A DNA stretch of 64,000 nt from a virus (Duplodnaviria; Heunggongvirae; Uroviricota; Caudoviricetes), in the IMG/VR virus record IMGVR_UViG_2718218135_000001, positions 49,251-113,250 of that record; one strand, 5' to 3'. Below the pieces are notes generated by a model that searched no databases, was not told the DNA's origin, and saw only the letters and a list, made by a program, of their open reading frames with translations. The position numbers and the translations under genes were made by a program. How positions within the stretch are numbered: position 1 is the first letter of the stretch; each line of letters starts with the position of its first letter. Positions 1 to 9,400 of the stretch are shown here, piece after piece.

Positions 1-7
1 TATTTCT

Positions 8-904
8 ATGAATCTGTGGCAAATGCTTATGGCCCGTCGTGGCCTGATGGATGTAGCCGAAGCGCATGAGCGCGGCGGCGCTGGTGGCGGTGCTCCTGCT
101 GGAGACAATGAGCAGAGCATTCAAGACCCAGGCAAACAGGGCGAGCAAAAAGAGCAACCGAAGGGTGACGACGACGAGTATGCCGGTATGACTCAGGAAG
201 AGTTGCTGGCAGAACTGCGTAAGTCTAAGAAAGCCGGTGCTGATCTGTTGAAAGAGAATATGAAGCGCAAGGAGAAAGAGCGCACATTGGCCGATCAGCT
301 GGCTCAGTACGGTGATATTGACCCGACGCGTGCTCGTCAGCTTCTCGAAGCTGAACAAGCCGCAGAAACCGCACGTCGGGAGGCGGAGCAGGCTGAACTG
401 GAACGTCGTGGTGAGTTCGATGCTGTGAAAAAGCAGATGATCGAAGCACACCAGACTGAACTGGCACAGCGCGACGAACGCTACGCCGCTCTGGAGAGCG
501 AGAACGCCGCACTGAAGGCTCAACTGGTCGAAATGACTGTTGGTGTTTCCTTCAGCAGTTCTGCTTTCCTGCGTGACAAAGTTCTGATGACTCCGGCTAA
601 GGCACGCGTTATCTACGGCTCTCATTTCGAAGTGGGTGAAGACGGTAGTGTTGTGGGCTTTGATAAGCCAGCCGGTCAGAAAGAACGTGCAGTTCTGGTT
701 GACGGTGAAGGCAAGCCGTTACCGTTCGAATCCGCGATTGAGCGCATTCTGCGTGCAGATCCGGAAGCTGACGCACTGTTGCGTAGCGAAGCCAAGCAGG
801 GTGCTGGTTCCAATAGCAAACCGCCCCACAAAGTAAGCCAGCCGAAGAGCAAGTCGACTATGGATAAGTTGACCTCCGGTCTGGGAAAAATCGGACTCAA
901 GTAA
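8..904 (+). CDS. putative capsid scaffolding protein (possibly 5'-truncated by window edge)
   Basis: Directly upstream of capsid gene; Glu/Ala/Gln-rich with heptad-like coiled-coil segment (ELERRGEFDAVKKQMIEAHQTELAQRDERYAALESENAALKAQL); frame is open to position 2 so the true start may lie left of the window. Confidence 0.45.
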   Translation: MNLWQMLMARRGLMDVAEAHERGGAGGGAPAGDNEQSIQDPGKQGEQKEQPKGDDDEYAGMTQEELLAELRKSKKAGADLLKENMKRKEKERTLADQLAQYGDIDPTRARQLLEAEQAAETARREAEQAELERRGEFDAVKKQMIEAHQTELAQRDERYAALESENAALKAQLVEMTVGVSFSSSAFLRDKVLMTPAKARVIYGSHFEVGEDGSVVGFDKPAGQKERAVLVDGEGKPLPFESAIERILRADPEADALLRSEAKQGAGSNSKPPHKVSQPKSKSTMDKLTSGLGKIGLK

Positions 905-930
905 CATCTTAAATCATAGGGAAATGAAAG

Positions 931-1806
931 ATGCCATTACTGCGTGATGAAGCTGAAAAGCTGTCTAATAACGAACTTGAGCAGGGTGTGATCGAGACCA
1001 TCATCGATCGCGATGATCTGTTCGCTATTCTGCCTTTCATGAAGATTAATTCTAAGGCATACCTTTACAACCGCGAAGCTACCCTGAGCGAAGCTACCTT
1101 CATTGATGTGAACGACACCATCACTGAAGGCGCAGCAACCTTCAGCGAACACGTTGCGAAGCTACGTATCCTGGCAGGCGACGTAGACGTCGACAAATTC
1201 CTGGCGACCACTATGTCCGACACCAACAACCAGCTGGCAATCCAGGTTCGTCAGAAGGTGAAAGGTCTGGCTCGCGCATTCCGCCGCAACCTGATTCTGG
1301 GCGACTCCAGCACCAACACCAAAGCGTTCGACGGTATTCCGAAACTGATGCACGACGATCAGAAGATCGACATCGAAGGCGCTTCCATGACCTTCTCCAT
1401 GTTCGACGAACTGGTCGACGCGGTGAAAGATCTGGGTGCGGACTGCATCATGATGCGCTCCGAGCATCTGCGTGCTTATCGCGCTCTGCTGCGTACCGTT
1501 AATATCGGCCCGTCCGAAATTATGATGGAAAACTTCGGTCGACCGATGTTGTGCCACAACGGTGTACCTTTCATCGTGAACGACTTCATCCCGACTGACG
1601 CGGGCAAAGCAAGCATCTATTGTCTGCACCTGTCCGAAGAGAACGGTGTGACCGGTCTGTATGGCGGTGAAAACGCTGGTATCGTTGTTGAGAACATCGG
1701 TACTGTTCAGAACAAAGACGCAACCCGTACCCGCGTTAAGTGGTACTGCTCTCTGGCGAACAAGCACGACAAAGCTATCGCCGCGCTGACCAATGTAAAA
1801 ATTTGA
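931..1806 (+). CDS. major capsid protein (HK97-fold type)
   Basis: 291-aa ORF with RBS GGGAAATGAAAG before ATG; position after scaffold and before decoration/tail genes; followed by strong intrinsic terminator. Confidence 0.65.
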   Translation: MPLLRDEAEKLSNNELEQGVIETIIDRDDLFAILPFMKINSKAYLYNREATLSEATFIDVNDTITEGAATFSEHVAKLRILAGDVDVDKFLATTMSDTNNQLAIQVRQKVKGLARAFRRNLILGDSSTNTKAFDGIPKLMHDDQKIDIEGASMTFSMFDELVDAVKDLGADCIMMRSEHLRAYRALLRTVNIGPSEIMMENFGRPMLCHNGVPFIVNDFIPTDAGKASIYCLHLSEENGVTGLYGGENAGIVVENIGTVQNKDATRTRVKWYCSLANKHDKAIAALTNVKI

Positions 1807-1816
1807 TCAGAATACT

Positions 1817-1840
1817 AGGTAAGTAGTTATCTACTTAATA
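1817..1840. promoter_or_regulatory. conserved intergenic motif A copy (AGGTAAGTAGTTATCTACTTAATA)
   Basis: Near-palindromic TAAGTA...TACTTA element recurring in many intergenic regions of this window. Confidence 0.5.
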
Positions 1841-1841
1841 T

Positions 1842-1867
1842 GGGTGGGCTATACGCCCACCTTTTTT
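1842..1867 (+). terminator. rho-independent terminator-like hairpin after capsid gene
   Basis: GGGTGGGC-TATAC-GCCCACC stem-loop followed by TTTTTT. Confidence 0.6.
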
Positions 1868-1880
1868 GTAGGAGCGATAA

Positions 1881-2309
1881 ATGCCAGAACAAAAGATGAA
1901 AATCATGGAGGAGACGTTTGCGGATTTCACAGGGCATATGTGCCGTGCCGGATTCACCAACTCCGTCTCCAACGAGCCTCTGAGCGAGCGCCAGCAGAAC
2001 CATCTTGCGGCTTGCTTCCGGACAGTTCCGTTCACGCAGTCTGTCAGCGTGGAGTCTGTTGCTCTGACTCCTGATTCTGTCTCTGTTGAGAAGGGGAAGT
2101 CAGTCAAATTGCGAGTTGATGTGCAACCGTCAAACGCAACCAATCAAAAAGTCACCTGGACTTCTCAAAATAGCGACAAAGCGACCGTGGATCAGAACGG
2201 TAACGTAGTTGGCGTAGCCGTTGGTACGGCAACCATTGAAGTGGCTTCACATGATGGCAGTCACAAAGCGACTGCGACCGTTGAAGTGACCGCAGCACCG
2301 GCTGCGTAA
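1881..2309 (+). CDS. Big_2 (bacterial Ig-like) domain protein, putative head decoration protein
   Basis: C-terminal region VSVEKGKSVKLRVDVQPSNATNQKVTWTSQNSDKATVDQNGNVVGVAVGTATIEVASHDGSHKATATVEV matches Big_2 domain pattern; RBS GGAGCGATAA. Confidence 0.55.
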   Translation: MPEQKMKIMEETFADFTGHMCRAGFTNSVSNEPLSERQQNHLAACFRTVPFTQSVSVESVALTPDSVSVEKGKSVKLRVDVQPSNATNQKVTWTSQNSDKATVDQNGNVVGVAVGTATIEVASHDGSHKATATVEVTAAPAA

Positions 2310-2352
2310 CCAACATATGGGCAGCATAGCTGTCCATTAAGTGAGAAGAAAA

Positions 2353-2787
2353 ATGAAACCAGCAAAAATTCGTTTATTGGAGCCTCAATTTTTGGGGTAC
2401 ACGGGGATTCTCTGCGGTATCAAGTTTGTAGACGGTATCTCAGTTGCTGAACTGCCATTCGTCGATCAGCAGCGGATTTGTGCTTCCATGCGTGCGACTA
2501 CCGTTGAAGGTAAAAATGTATCTCCTTCTGCCGCGTACAGTAGCCGCAATAACTTGACTGCGGAAGACATTGTCGAGACGCCAGCCCCGGATATTGTGCC
2601 AATGAAACGTGGTGCGGCTGAAACAAAGCCCAAACCGGTACAGCGCTTTACTCGTGAAGAACTGGAGTCGATTGCGGACTGTGAAGGTATTGCGGGTCTT
2701 CGTCAGATCGGCAACCAAATTGGCGTGAAAGCCAAAGGCATCGTTGAAATGATCGAGGGTATCCTGAAAGCACAGGGCGGTGAGTAA
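2353..2787 (+). CDS. hypothetical structural protein (head-tail joining region)
   Basis: ORF in same-strand structural operon; ATG at 2353 preferred over GTG at 2341. Confidence 0.35.
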   Translation: MKPAKIRLLEPQFLGYTGILCGIKFVDGISVAELPFVDQQRICASMRATTVEGKNVSPSAAYSSRNNLTAEDIVETPAPDIVPMKRGAAETKPKPVQRFTREELESIADCEGIAGLRQIGNQIGVKAKGIVEMIEGILKAQGGE

Positions 2788-3620
2788 TGGCACAGATCGA
2801 CACGTACCGTAGCGGGGAAGCCGTTTCCCTGTCGTTTGCATTTAACGTTCTGGATATTGAGTCGGCAACGTATACCGTCAGAGATGGCGCGGGTTCGATC
2901 ATCGTTGATAACGAACCTCTCGATATTACTGAGGGGCAGATGTCCATTCCGGTTGTCGTGTCGGCCGAACACAACCTGCTTGCCGACAAAGAGCGCGATC
3001 TGCGTTACGTCCTCGTCAAAGCGGTGGCATCCGGTCTGACGCATGAAGAGCGCAAGATGTACGTTCTGCTAAATAGCTTCGAGCTGTCTATCCCAGGCCA
3101 GTCATTCGCAACGGTCGCAGACGCCCAGATGCAAGCCATCGACATGCTGAACGGCGACACTCTGTTGGCTGATGGTGACGGGCTGATGCGCAAACGTCTC
3201 ATTGAGGCCACCAGACGCGTCAAAACGCTGCCGTTTTCAATCCGCAAAGTCCTTCGTATCGATTTCGATCGGTACGACCGTCCACAAAACATGCTGAACG
3301 TATATGACGTACCGTGGGGTGCTGACGGGGCATATCGTCACGATCTGATTGATTGGGAGAAGATGACGCAGGATAAATTCGACGAATTCCCTGACTACTT
3401 CAAACAGACATTAATGCTGGCCGTGGTTAATGAAGCCTGCGAAATCGCTAACGGCAATGACGTAGCGGCAGCTCGCGAGGACGGCATCCTGTCTGAATCC
3501 ATTGGTGAAACGACAAATATGTACCGCACCGGCAAAGCGGCAAATTTACATGTGGCTCGCAGTACCTGGAGACTGCTGGTCAGCTACATCAACAACCGCA
3601 TGATTGTTCGCCGTGCGTAA
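2787..3620 (+). CDS. hypothetical structural protein
   Basis: 277-aa ORF, ATG overlaps upstream stop (TAATG); between capsid and tail genes. Confidence 0.35.
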   Translation: MAQIDTYRSGEAVSLSFAFNVLDIESATYTVRDGAGSIIVDNEPLDITEGQMSIPVVVSAEHNLLADKERDLRYVLVKAVASGLTHEERKMYVLLNSFELSIPGQSFATVADAQMQAIDMLNGDTLLADGDGLMRKRLIEATRRVKTLPFSIRKVLRIDFDRYDRPQNMLNVYDVPWGADGAYRHDLIDWEKMTQDKFDEFPDYFKQTLMLAVVNEACEIANGNDVAAAREDGILSESIGETTNMYRTGKAANLHVARSTWRLLVSYINNRMIVRRA

Positions 3621-3717
3621 CGCCAGTCGCATTATTTACTTCTGGTCGAAAGGCTCAAGACGCACAATCGCGCCTTCGCCTGGTAATGCGTGCGGATGCC
3701 AACCACAGGGAGAGTGC

Positions 3718-4062
3718 ATGAACATTTCATGGCAAGCAGAGATGGCGATTTACCGTCTGGGTTCGAAGAATGTCTACGGTGAAGCGCAATTGCAGTTCGT
3801 CAGGAAGACGAACGTCGGTGTCGTTAAGTTTGAACAAAGTAATGAGAAGTCATCGGTACGTGCGGACAGCTCCGGCAGTCGCGGAAAAGCCAATATGGAA
3901 TTGTTCGATGTCGTTCTGGTGGTCCCACTTGAGGCCGCAGTGCAACTTGATGACGTTCTTATTCTGGAGGGGCTAAAGCTGAAGGTATCCAGTGTGCATC
4001 GTCGTTGGGGGTTACGTGGACGCCCTGGTCATCTGGAAGTAGGGGCAAACATATGGGCCTGA
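3718..4062 (+). CDS. hypothetical head-tail joining protein
   Basis: RBS AGGGAGAG before ATG at 3718 (internal start of track ORF 3604..4062); stop overlaps next start (ATGGGCCTGA). Confidence 0.35.
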   Translation: MNISWQAEMAIYRLGSKNVYGEAQLQFVRKTNVGVVKFEQSNEKSSVRADSSGSRGKANMELFDVVLVVPLEAAVQLDDVLILEGLKLKVSSVHRRWGLRGRPGHLEVGANIWA

Positions 4063-4526
4063 AGTATGACTCGCATCAGTTTAAGCGTGCTGGCGACAGA
4101 CTCAATAACAGCCAGAAAGCCTTTAAGCGTTATCTCATTCGTGACATGGAGAAGCTGGCGCGTCTGGTTGAGCGTCTGGCGCGGGCAATGGCTCCGCTGG
4201 AGACTGGCTCACTCGAAAGCGCGATTTTCGCGAGAGTTGTCAAAGAGGGCTATACGGGGCTGCGTATTGAGTTATCGGTGTCTGGGGCTAAACCGCGCGA
4301 AGGGAACCCTGGTGTTGAGGTTGGCGATTATGCGGAGTACATGGAGTTGGGCAAGTATCGTCTCGGCTATCTCTCCCGCATGAAGAGCGTCACCAACCCG
4401 CCAGTTGCTGGTGTGAAGCCACGCGTTGGGCCTTTGTTCCTTGAAAGAGCGGCACAGGTCAGTGAGAAACAGTTCGCTCAGACGATAGCTGAAGCAGCAA
4501 GGAAAGCAGGTTTTACGAGAGGTTGA
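4053..4526 (+). CDS. hypothetical head-tail joining protein
   Basis: ATG at 4053 with GGGGCAAAC upstream; translationally coupled to flanking genes. Confidence 0.35.
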   Translation: MGLKYDSHQFKRAGDRLNNSQKAFKRYLIRDMEKLARLVERLARAMAPLETGSLESAIFARVVKEGYTGLRIELSVSGAKPREGNPGVEVGDYAEYMELGKYRLGYLSRMKSVTNPPVAGVKPRVGPLFLERAAQVSEKQFAQTIAEAARKAGFTRG

Positions 4527-4527
4527 T

Positions 4528-4911
4528 GTGTTTATTGAAGCATTTGCGAGCCTGATGCAGAAGGCGAAGATCGGCACACTCGGCACTGACATTTTCTGTC
4601 ACTACATGCCAGCCAATGTGAAGTCCGGCATCCTGTTGGTTACTCCCAATACGGGGATCGCCATTGACCATGAGTTAAAAGGTTTTTATCACGACTCTTT
4701 TACCGTCATCGTGCGTAATGCGACGATCACAAAGGCGGTGGCGAAAGCCAATAAGATCATGGACATGTTTCCGGTCGAGGAAACCGTGTCAGATGGCGTT
4801 TACTTCCGGTTGGTACGACCAATGTCGATGCCGATAACTTATCCAAAAAACGAAGGCTCGTTGATTGAAGCGGGCATCCCGATTGAATTTGCGGGCTATT
4901 TGTTGAATTAA
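4528..4911 (+). CDS. hypothetical tail completion/terminator-like protein
   Basis: GTG start 2 nt after upstream stop; position immediately before major tail protein gene. Confidence 0.3.
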   Translation: MFIEAFASLMQKAKIGTLGTDIFCHYMPANVKSGILLVTPNTGIAIDHELKGFYHDSFTVIVRNATITKAVAKANKIMDMFPVEETVSDGVYFRLVRPMSMPITYPKNEGSLIEAGIPIEFAGYLLN

Positions 4912-4914
4912 CAA

Positions 4915-4939
4915 AATAAGTAAATATATACTTACTATT
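4915..4939. promoter_or_regulatory. conserved intergenic motif A copy (AATAAGTAAATATATACTTACTATT)
   Basis: TAAGTA / TACTTA inverted arms; about 45 bp upstream of major tail protein start. Confidence 0.5.
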
Positions 4940-4985
4940 GGCGCCATGAAGGTGCTGATTTAACGGAAAAAGGAGTTTTCCAACA

Positions 4986-5732
4986 ATGTCCAATACCCAT
5001 GTAAAAAACATCAAACTTGGCGCCTGCAAAGTGTCGTTTGGTGGTGTTGATCTGGGTTACACCAAAGGCGGTGTTCAGGTTGAGGTTGCGACCGAAACTC
5101 TGAAAGTTACCGTAGACCAGCTAGGGCAAACCACCATCTCCGAGCTGGTACAGGGCCGTAACATCACTATCACTGCGCCGCTGGCCGAGTCTGTGTTGCA
5201 GAATATGGTCGATCTGATGCCGGGTTCTACCCTGAGTGAAGAAGATAACTCTGTGACCATCACTTCCGCACAGGGCGTCAACCTGATCGACGTAGCTAAA
5301 GAGCTGGTTCTGACCCCGCAGGATACCACCGACTACGTTCTGACCATCCCGAAAGCTGCGACCGCAGGTAACTTCACCATGACCTACCAGTCTGATGATG
5401 TTCGCGTGTTCTCGGTTCAGTTCACCGCTTACCCGGATGACGACGGTATTCTGGGGAAAATGAGCGGCCCAAAGCCGGTTAAATCCGTCTCTATCTCTCC
5501 GGATTCTCCGGAAGTTAAAGCCGGTGAGAGCGTGCAGCTGGCAGCCCAGATCACACCTGCAGATGCCGGCGACAAAACCGGTGTGTGGGAGTCCGACAAT
5601 CAGGAGAAGGCTACCGTTGATCAGACTGGTCTGGTTCGCGGAGTAGCTGAAGGTTCGGCAAATATCTCCTTCACCAGCAATAGCGGCGGCAAGAAAGCGA
5701 CCAAAGCTGTAACGGTTAATTCTGCCGAATAA
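4986..5732 (+). CDS. major tail protein with C-terminal Big_2 domain (lambda gpV-like architecture)
   Basis: RBS AAAGGAG; C-terminal VKSVSISPDSPEVKAGESVQLAAQITPADAGDKTGVWESDNQEKATVDQTGLVRGVAEGSANISF is Big_2-like; followed by G/T-like chaperones and tape measure. Confidence 0.6.
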   Translation: MSNTHVKNIKLGACKVSFGGVDLGYTKGGVQVEVATETLKVTVDQLGQTTISELVQGRNITITAPLAESVLQNMVDLMPGSTLSEEDNSVTITSAQGVNLIDVAKELVLTPQDTTDYVLTIPKAATAGNFTMTYQSDDVRVFSVQFTAYPDDDGILGKMSGPKPVKSVSISPDSPEVKAGESVQLAAQITPADAGDKTGVWESDNQEKATVDQTGLVRGVAEGSANISFTSNSGGKKATKAVTVNSAE

Positions 5733-5749
5733 TCGTGACGTGACTAAGC

Positions 5750-5775
5750 AGAGGCTCAGGAAGAGCCTCTCTTTT
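5750..5775 (+). terminator. terminator-like hairpin after major tail gene
   Basis: AGAGGCTC-AGGAA-GAGCCTCT stem-loop followed by CTTTT. Confidence 0.5.
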
Positions 5776-5791
5776 AAAAGGATTTTAACCA

Positions 5792-6109
5792 ATGACCAAA
5801 TTACTCGATCTCGACTCCATTCTACCTCCGAAGAAAAGTATCAAGTTCGGCGGTCAGGAATACCCCATCGTTGAAATGACAGTTGGTCTGTTCGTCTCCA
5901 TCAAGCAGATGGAAGGCAAAGATCTTCAGAACATGTCTCCTGTAGAGCAGGTTACTGCTTACGCCGACCTGGTTCGCAAGGTCATCCCATCCGTGCCGGA
6001 CGCTGTACTGGAAAAACTGACTGTTCCGCAGCTTCAGCAAATCTTCACCTTCGCTATGGAAGTGATTGATGAAGAGAACGAAAAAGCGGCTGGTGAAGGG
6101 GCAAAGTAA
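5792..6109 (+). CDS. tail assembly chaperone (gpG-like)
   Basis: 105-aa acidic protein between major tail and tape measure genes; RBS AAAGGA. Confidence 0.45.
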   Translation: MTKLLDLDSILPPKKSIKFGGQEYPIVEMTVGLFVSIKQMEGKDLQNMSPVEQVTAYADLVRKVIPSVPDAVLEKLTVPQLQQIFTFAMEVIDEENEKAAGEGAK

Positions 6110-6189
6110 TTTCCCGCGATGAATCCGGGGTAAAGACCGTATCGATAGATCTCGGATTCTATTTCAGTCGTGTAGTTGCTCACTACGCC

Positions 6190-6459
6190 GTGTCGCCATT
6201 AGAGCTGCTGGGCGTCCCTCTAACGATGTTCTGGATGCTCAGTCGCAACATCGACCGTCTACGTGCGGAAGAGGATGTCCGCAACCTGCAAGTCGCTCGC
6301 GCTGCCCAGGCAGATGGCGAGGGCGTGAAGGCGTTCATGGAGGGTTTGCAACTCAGGATTGGAAGACCAGTCGTAACCGATAAAGTCTACGATCCGCGCA
6401 AGGATAAGGCAGACCCTGACGCCAAAGAGCAACTGATGCAAATTTTTGGCAGAGGATGA
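6190..6459 (+). CDS. tail assembly chaperone T-like segment (possibly expressed as G-T fusion by -1 frameshift)
   Basis: Frame is -1 relative to 5792..6109 and open from 6097; ends just before tape measure start. Confidence 0.3.
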   Translation: MSPLELLGVPLTMFWMLSRNIDRLRAEEDVRNLQVARAAQADGEGVKAFMEGLQLRIGRPVVTDKVYDPRKDKADPDAKEQLMQIFGRG

Positions 6460-6466
6460 CAAGGGA

Positions 6467-9400
6467 ATGTCACAAAACGTAGAGTTTGTCCTGTCGCTGG
6501 AAGACAAGCAGTTTACAGCGTCAATCGACCGGGCGGGTAAGCTACTTACCAGATTCGGGGAGCAGGCCACAAAACCAGCTCAGAAAATTAACAATCTGGA
6601 ACGCTCGTTGGGTTCGGTCTCCCGCATCATCGGCGTTCTGGAGTCCAAGCTCGATGCCACGGCAGACAAACTACAGGATGTAGCTGCCGGCTTCGAACTT
6701 GTGTCTGATGTTTCGCGCAAGACGCGAGGCAACATTACCAGCCTCAATTCAGGTCTCAAAACCCTGATTGAGCGCGTCGACACAACCACCTCTTCCGTTA
6801 ATAAGCTCACCACATCGTTGCGCAAGGTTCAGTCTGAACTCAATGAGTTTTCCGATTGGGCAACGTTCGCTGGTAAGAGCGCCAGCCGCTTCGGTACGGA
6901 GGTAAAAGAAGCCTCTACATCTGTGAGTGGTATGAATACGCGCCTTAACACCACGACGAAGCGTCTCAGTAATTGGGGTGTCACAACGAACCAGGCTGCC
7001 GAGGGGCTGAAGAAAGTCCGCGATCAGATGGATGCGGTGATTGGCCGCCAGCAGCTGATCAGCAAGCCGGTGCGTGTGCGCACCAGCGGCTACGGTGAGG
7101 GCGGTGGTAATGGCGGTGGCGGTCGACACAGCGGTTCCTATGGCCACGGCGGGCGCGGTGCTGAAAATGGCGTGTTCTCTGGTCTGCGCGGCAATATTTT
7201 CCTGCTGGGCGAGATTGGTGATGCGGCAAGAACGGTAACTGACATCCTGTTCGGCTGGCAGAAGCCAATCGTCGAAGCTGCCTCCAAAATGGAGCGTATG
7301 TGCGTCATGTTGCGCGGGCTGAACAAGGACAAGGCCAACCCTGGCAAAGCAGCCGCAGAGGATATGCAGTACATCGTGGATATGGCGCAAAACGCCCCGT
7401 TTGCGATGCAGGCGCTGACCGATTCCTTCGTTAAATTCCGCTCGGCAGGTCTCGATCCTACTGACGGATCGCTGAAAGCATTGGTGGACTCTGTTGCACG
7501 CTTCGGCGGCGATAGTGAACTGCTAAAACGCGCAGCAGTGGCCGTCCAGCAGATGTCCGGTAAGGGCGTCGTTTCGATGGAAGAACTGCGTCAGCAATTA
7601 GGTGAAGCCGTTCCTAACGCGATGAAAGCGATGGCAGACGCTGCCGGCATTACTATGGGGGAACTGACCAAAGCAGTCTCCAGCGGTACTGTGGAAGCGA
7701 AACAGGCGTTATCGCTGATGTTCGTTGGTCTGCGTGCAGAGAACGAAAACGCCGCCAAAGACATGATGCAAACCTACACCGGTGCGCTGGCGCAACTACA
7801 AACCTCCTTTACGTTGTTCGCCGATCGTGTCGGTCAGACGGGCTATCTGGATTCTCTCTCTAAGGGAATGAAAGAACTAGCCTCCATCATGAATAGCGCA
7901 GAAGGGATTTCGTTTGCTAATTCTTTAGGTTCGGGGTTAACGACGGCAATCGATGGGTTGCGTCAGCTTGCTCAATGGTTAGCAAAGAACCAAGAGCTGG
8001 TAATTAATCTTGGTAAGGTCGTGGCCGCGATGGTTGCGTTCAAACTGATGCGAGCAGGGATCATGGGGGTAGTTGGCGCTGGGAGCCAGATGGTTAGCAC
8101 CTTTGCCACGATGGCGACCGCCATACAGACTCCATTTAACCTCGGCGCTACAGCAGTAACTCGATTCAATCGTGCGGCACGTATGGGGCTGGCTCCGATC
8201 CCCTCTCTTATTTTCGCCATCCGTGGGGCGATTACGGGGCTTAAAGGCGCTTTTGCTGGATTAACGGCGTTCATTGCAGCAAATCCAATTGGCGCTGCGT
8301 TTACCGTGGCAACCGTGGCCGTGGCCGGGTTGATCACGTATATGACCATGCTTCGCAGCGAAACGTCAAAAGTCGTTGACGAGATTAGGAAAATACCAGA
8401 GGCGATGACGGCGGCCAAACGTGCACAAATGGCGGAGTATAAAGCGCGTCTTGAGCAACAAATCACGCAAAAGGAACAAGAGTTAAAATCTGGCGAAAAG
8501 GTGGTTTATGGGCCGGGTATGGCCGGAACTGCAGTAAAGATTAATCAGGATGAACGTAAGCGTATAGAAAATGAGCTAAATGACCTTCGTGAGAAACGCG
8601 ATAAAACTACTGGGGCAATTGAACGCGGAGACACTGCTGTAGCCAAACGTCTTGCAAAAGATGCGGCAGAATCACAGATAGAGAAAATACGGGAAGAGAA
8701 TAGAGACTTTGCGGCAACATTCGCTAAAGCTCGTCAAGAGGCTCTGGAGAAGATCCAAAAAATCAATGATGACGATTCACTTTCTGATGACGAAAAGAAC
8801 AAACTATTGGCACCGTTACGTGAAACGGTAAACAAAAGCTATCTGGAGCCTGCGCAAAAACTGGTTGATTCACTTTCTTCTCGTAAGAATGCGACCGAGA
8901 AGCAAATCGCGACTCTTAATGATCAGCTTGAAAAAGCCAAAAAAGATGGCAATACCGAGCAGATCCAGAAACTGCAAGGCAGTATTCGTGGTTATCAGGA
9001 GCATTTGGAAGCCGTTGCTCAGGAGCTGACTCAGGCAGAGTTCGAGAGAGATAATGCGGCCAAAACTGGTAAGGGCGTAATGTCAAACCAGGGGACTGTT
9101 CTTGGGTTAGGTACAACTGATAAAGCTGCTCAGAAGGCGCTGGCGCAATATATGCGAAACCAGATGGATTCTGCGACTTATCAGCGTACTTTGCCTGACG
9201 GCACTCCGATGATGGACTTCGAAGGTAAGCCGATTATTGGGCCTAAACAACTCAAGACGCAGCTTAATTTGCAGAAAGCATCCAGTGCCAGCTCTCTGGA
9301 GAAAATGAGCGATGCGGAACGCGCCGCAGCCATTGCAGCGCTGACCAAAGCGCGCGAACAGGATGCCGCAGCAGCGGAAAAAGCCGGGCGACGTACAGCC

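Noticed and set aside
1162-1767. 201-aa minus-strand ORF overlapping the capsid gene
   Set aside because: Fully contained antisense within the major capsid gene; no supporting signals.
5121-5792. 223-aa minus-strand ORF overlapping the major tail gene
   Set aside because: Antisense to the major tail protein gene, which has strong RBS and domain support.
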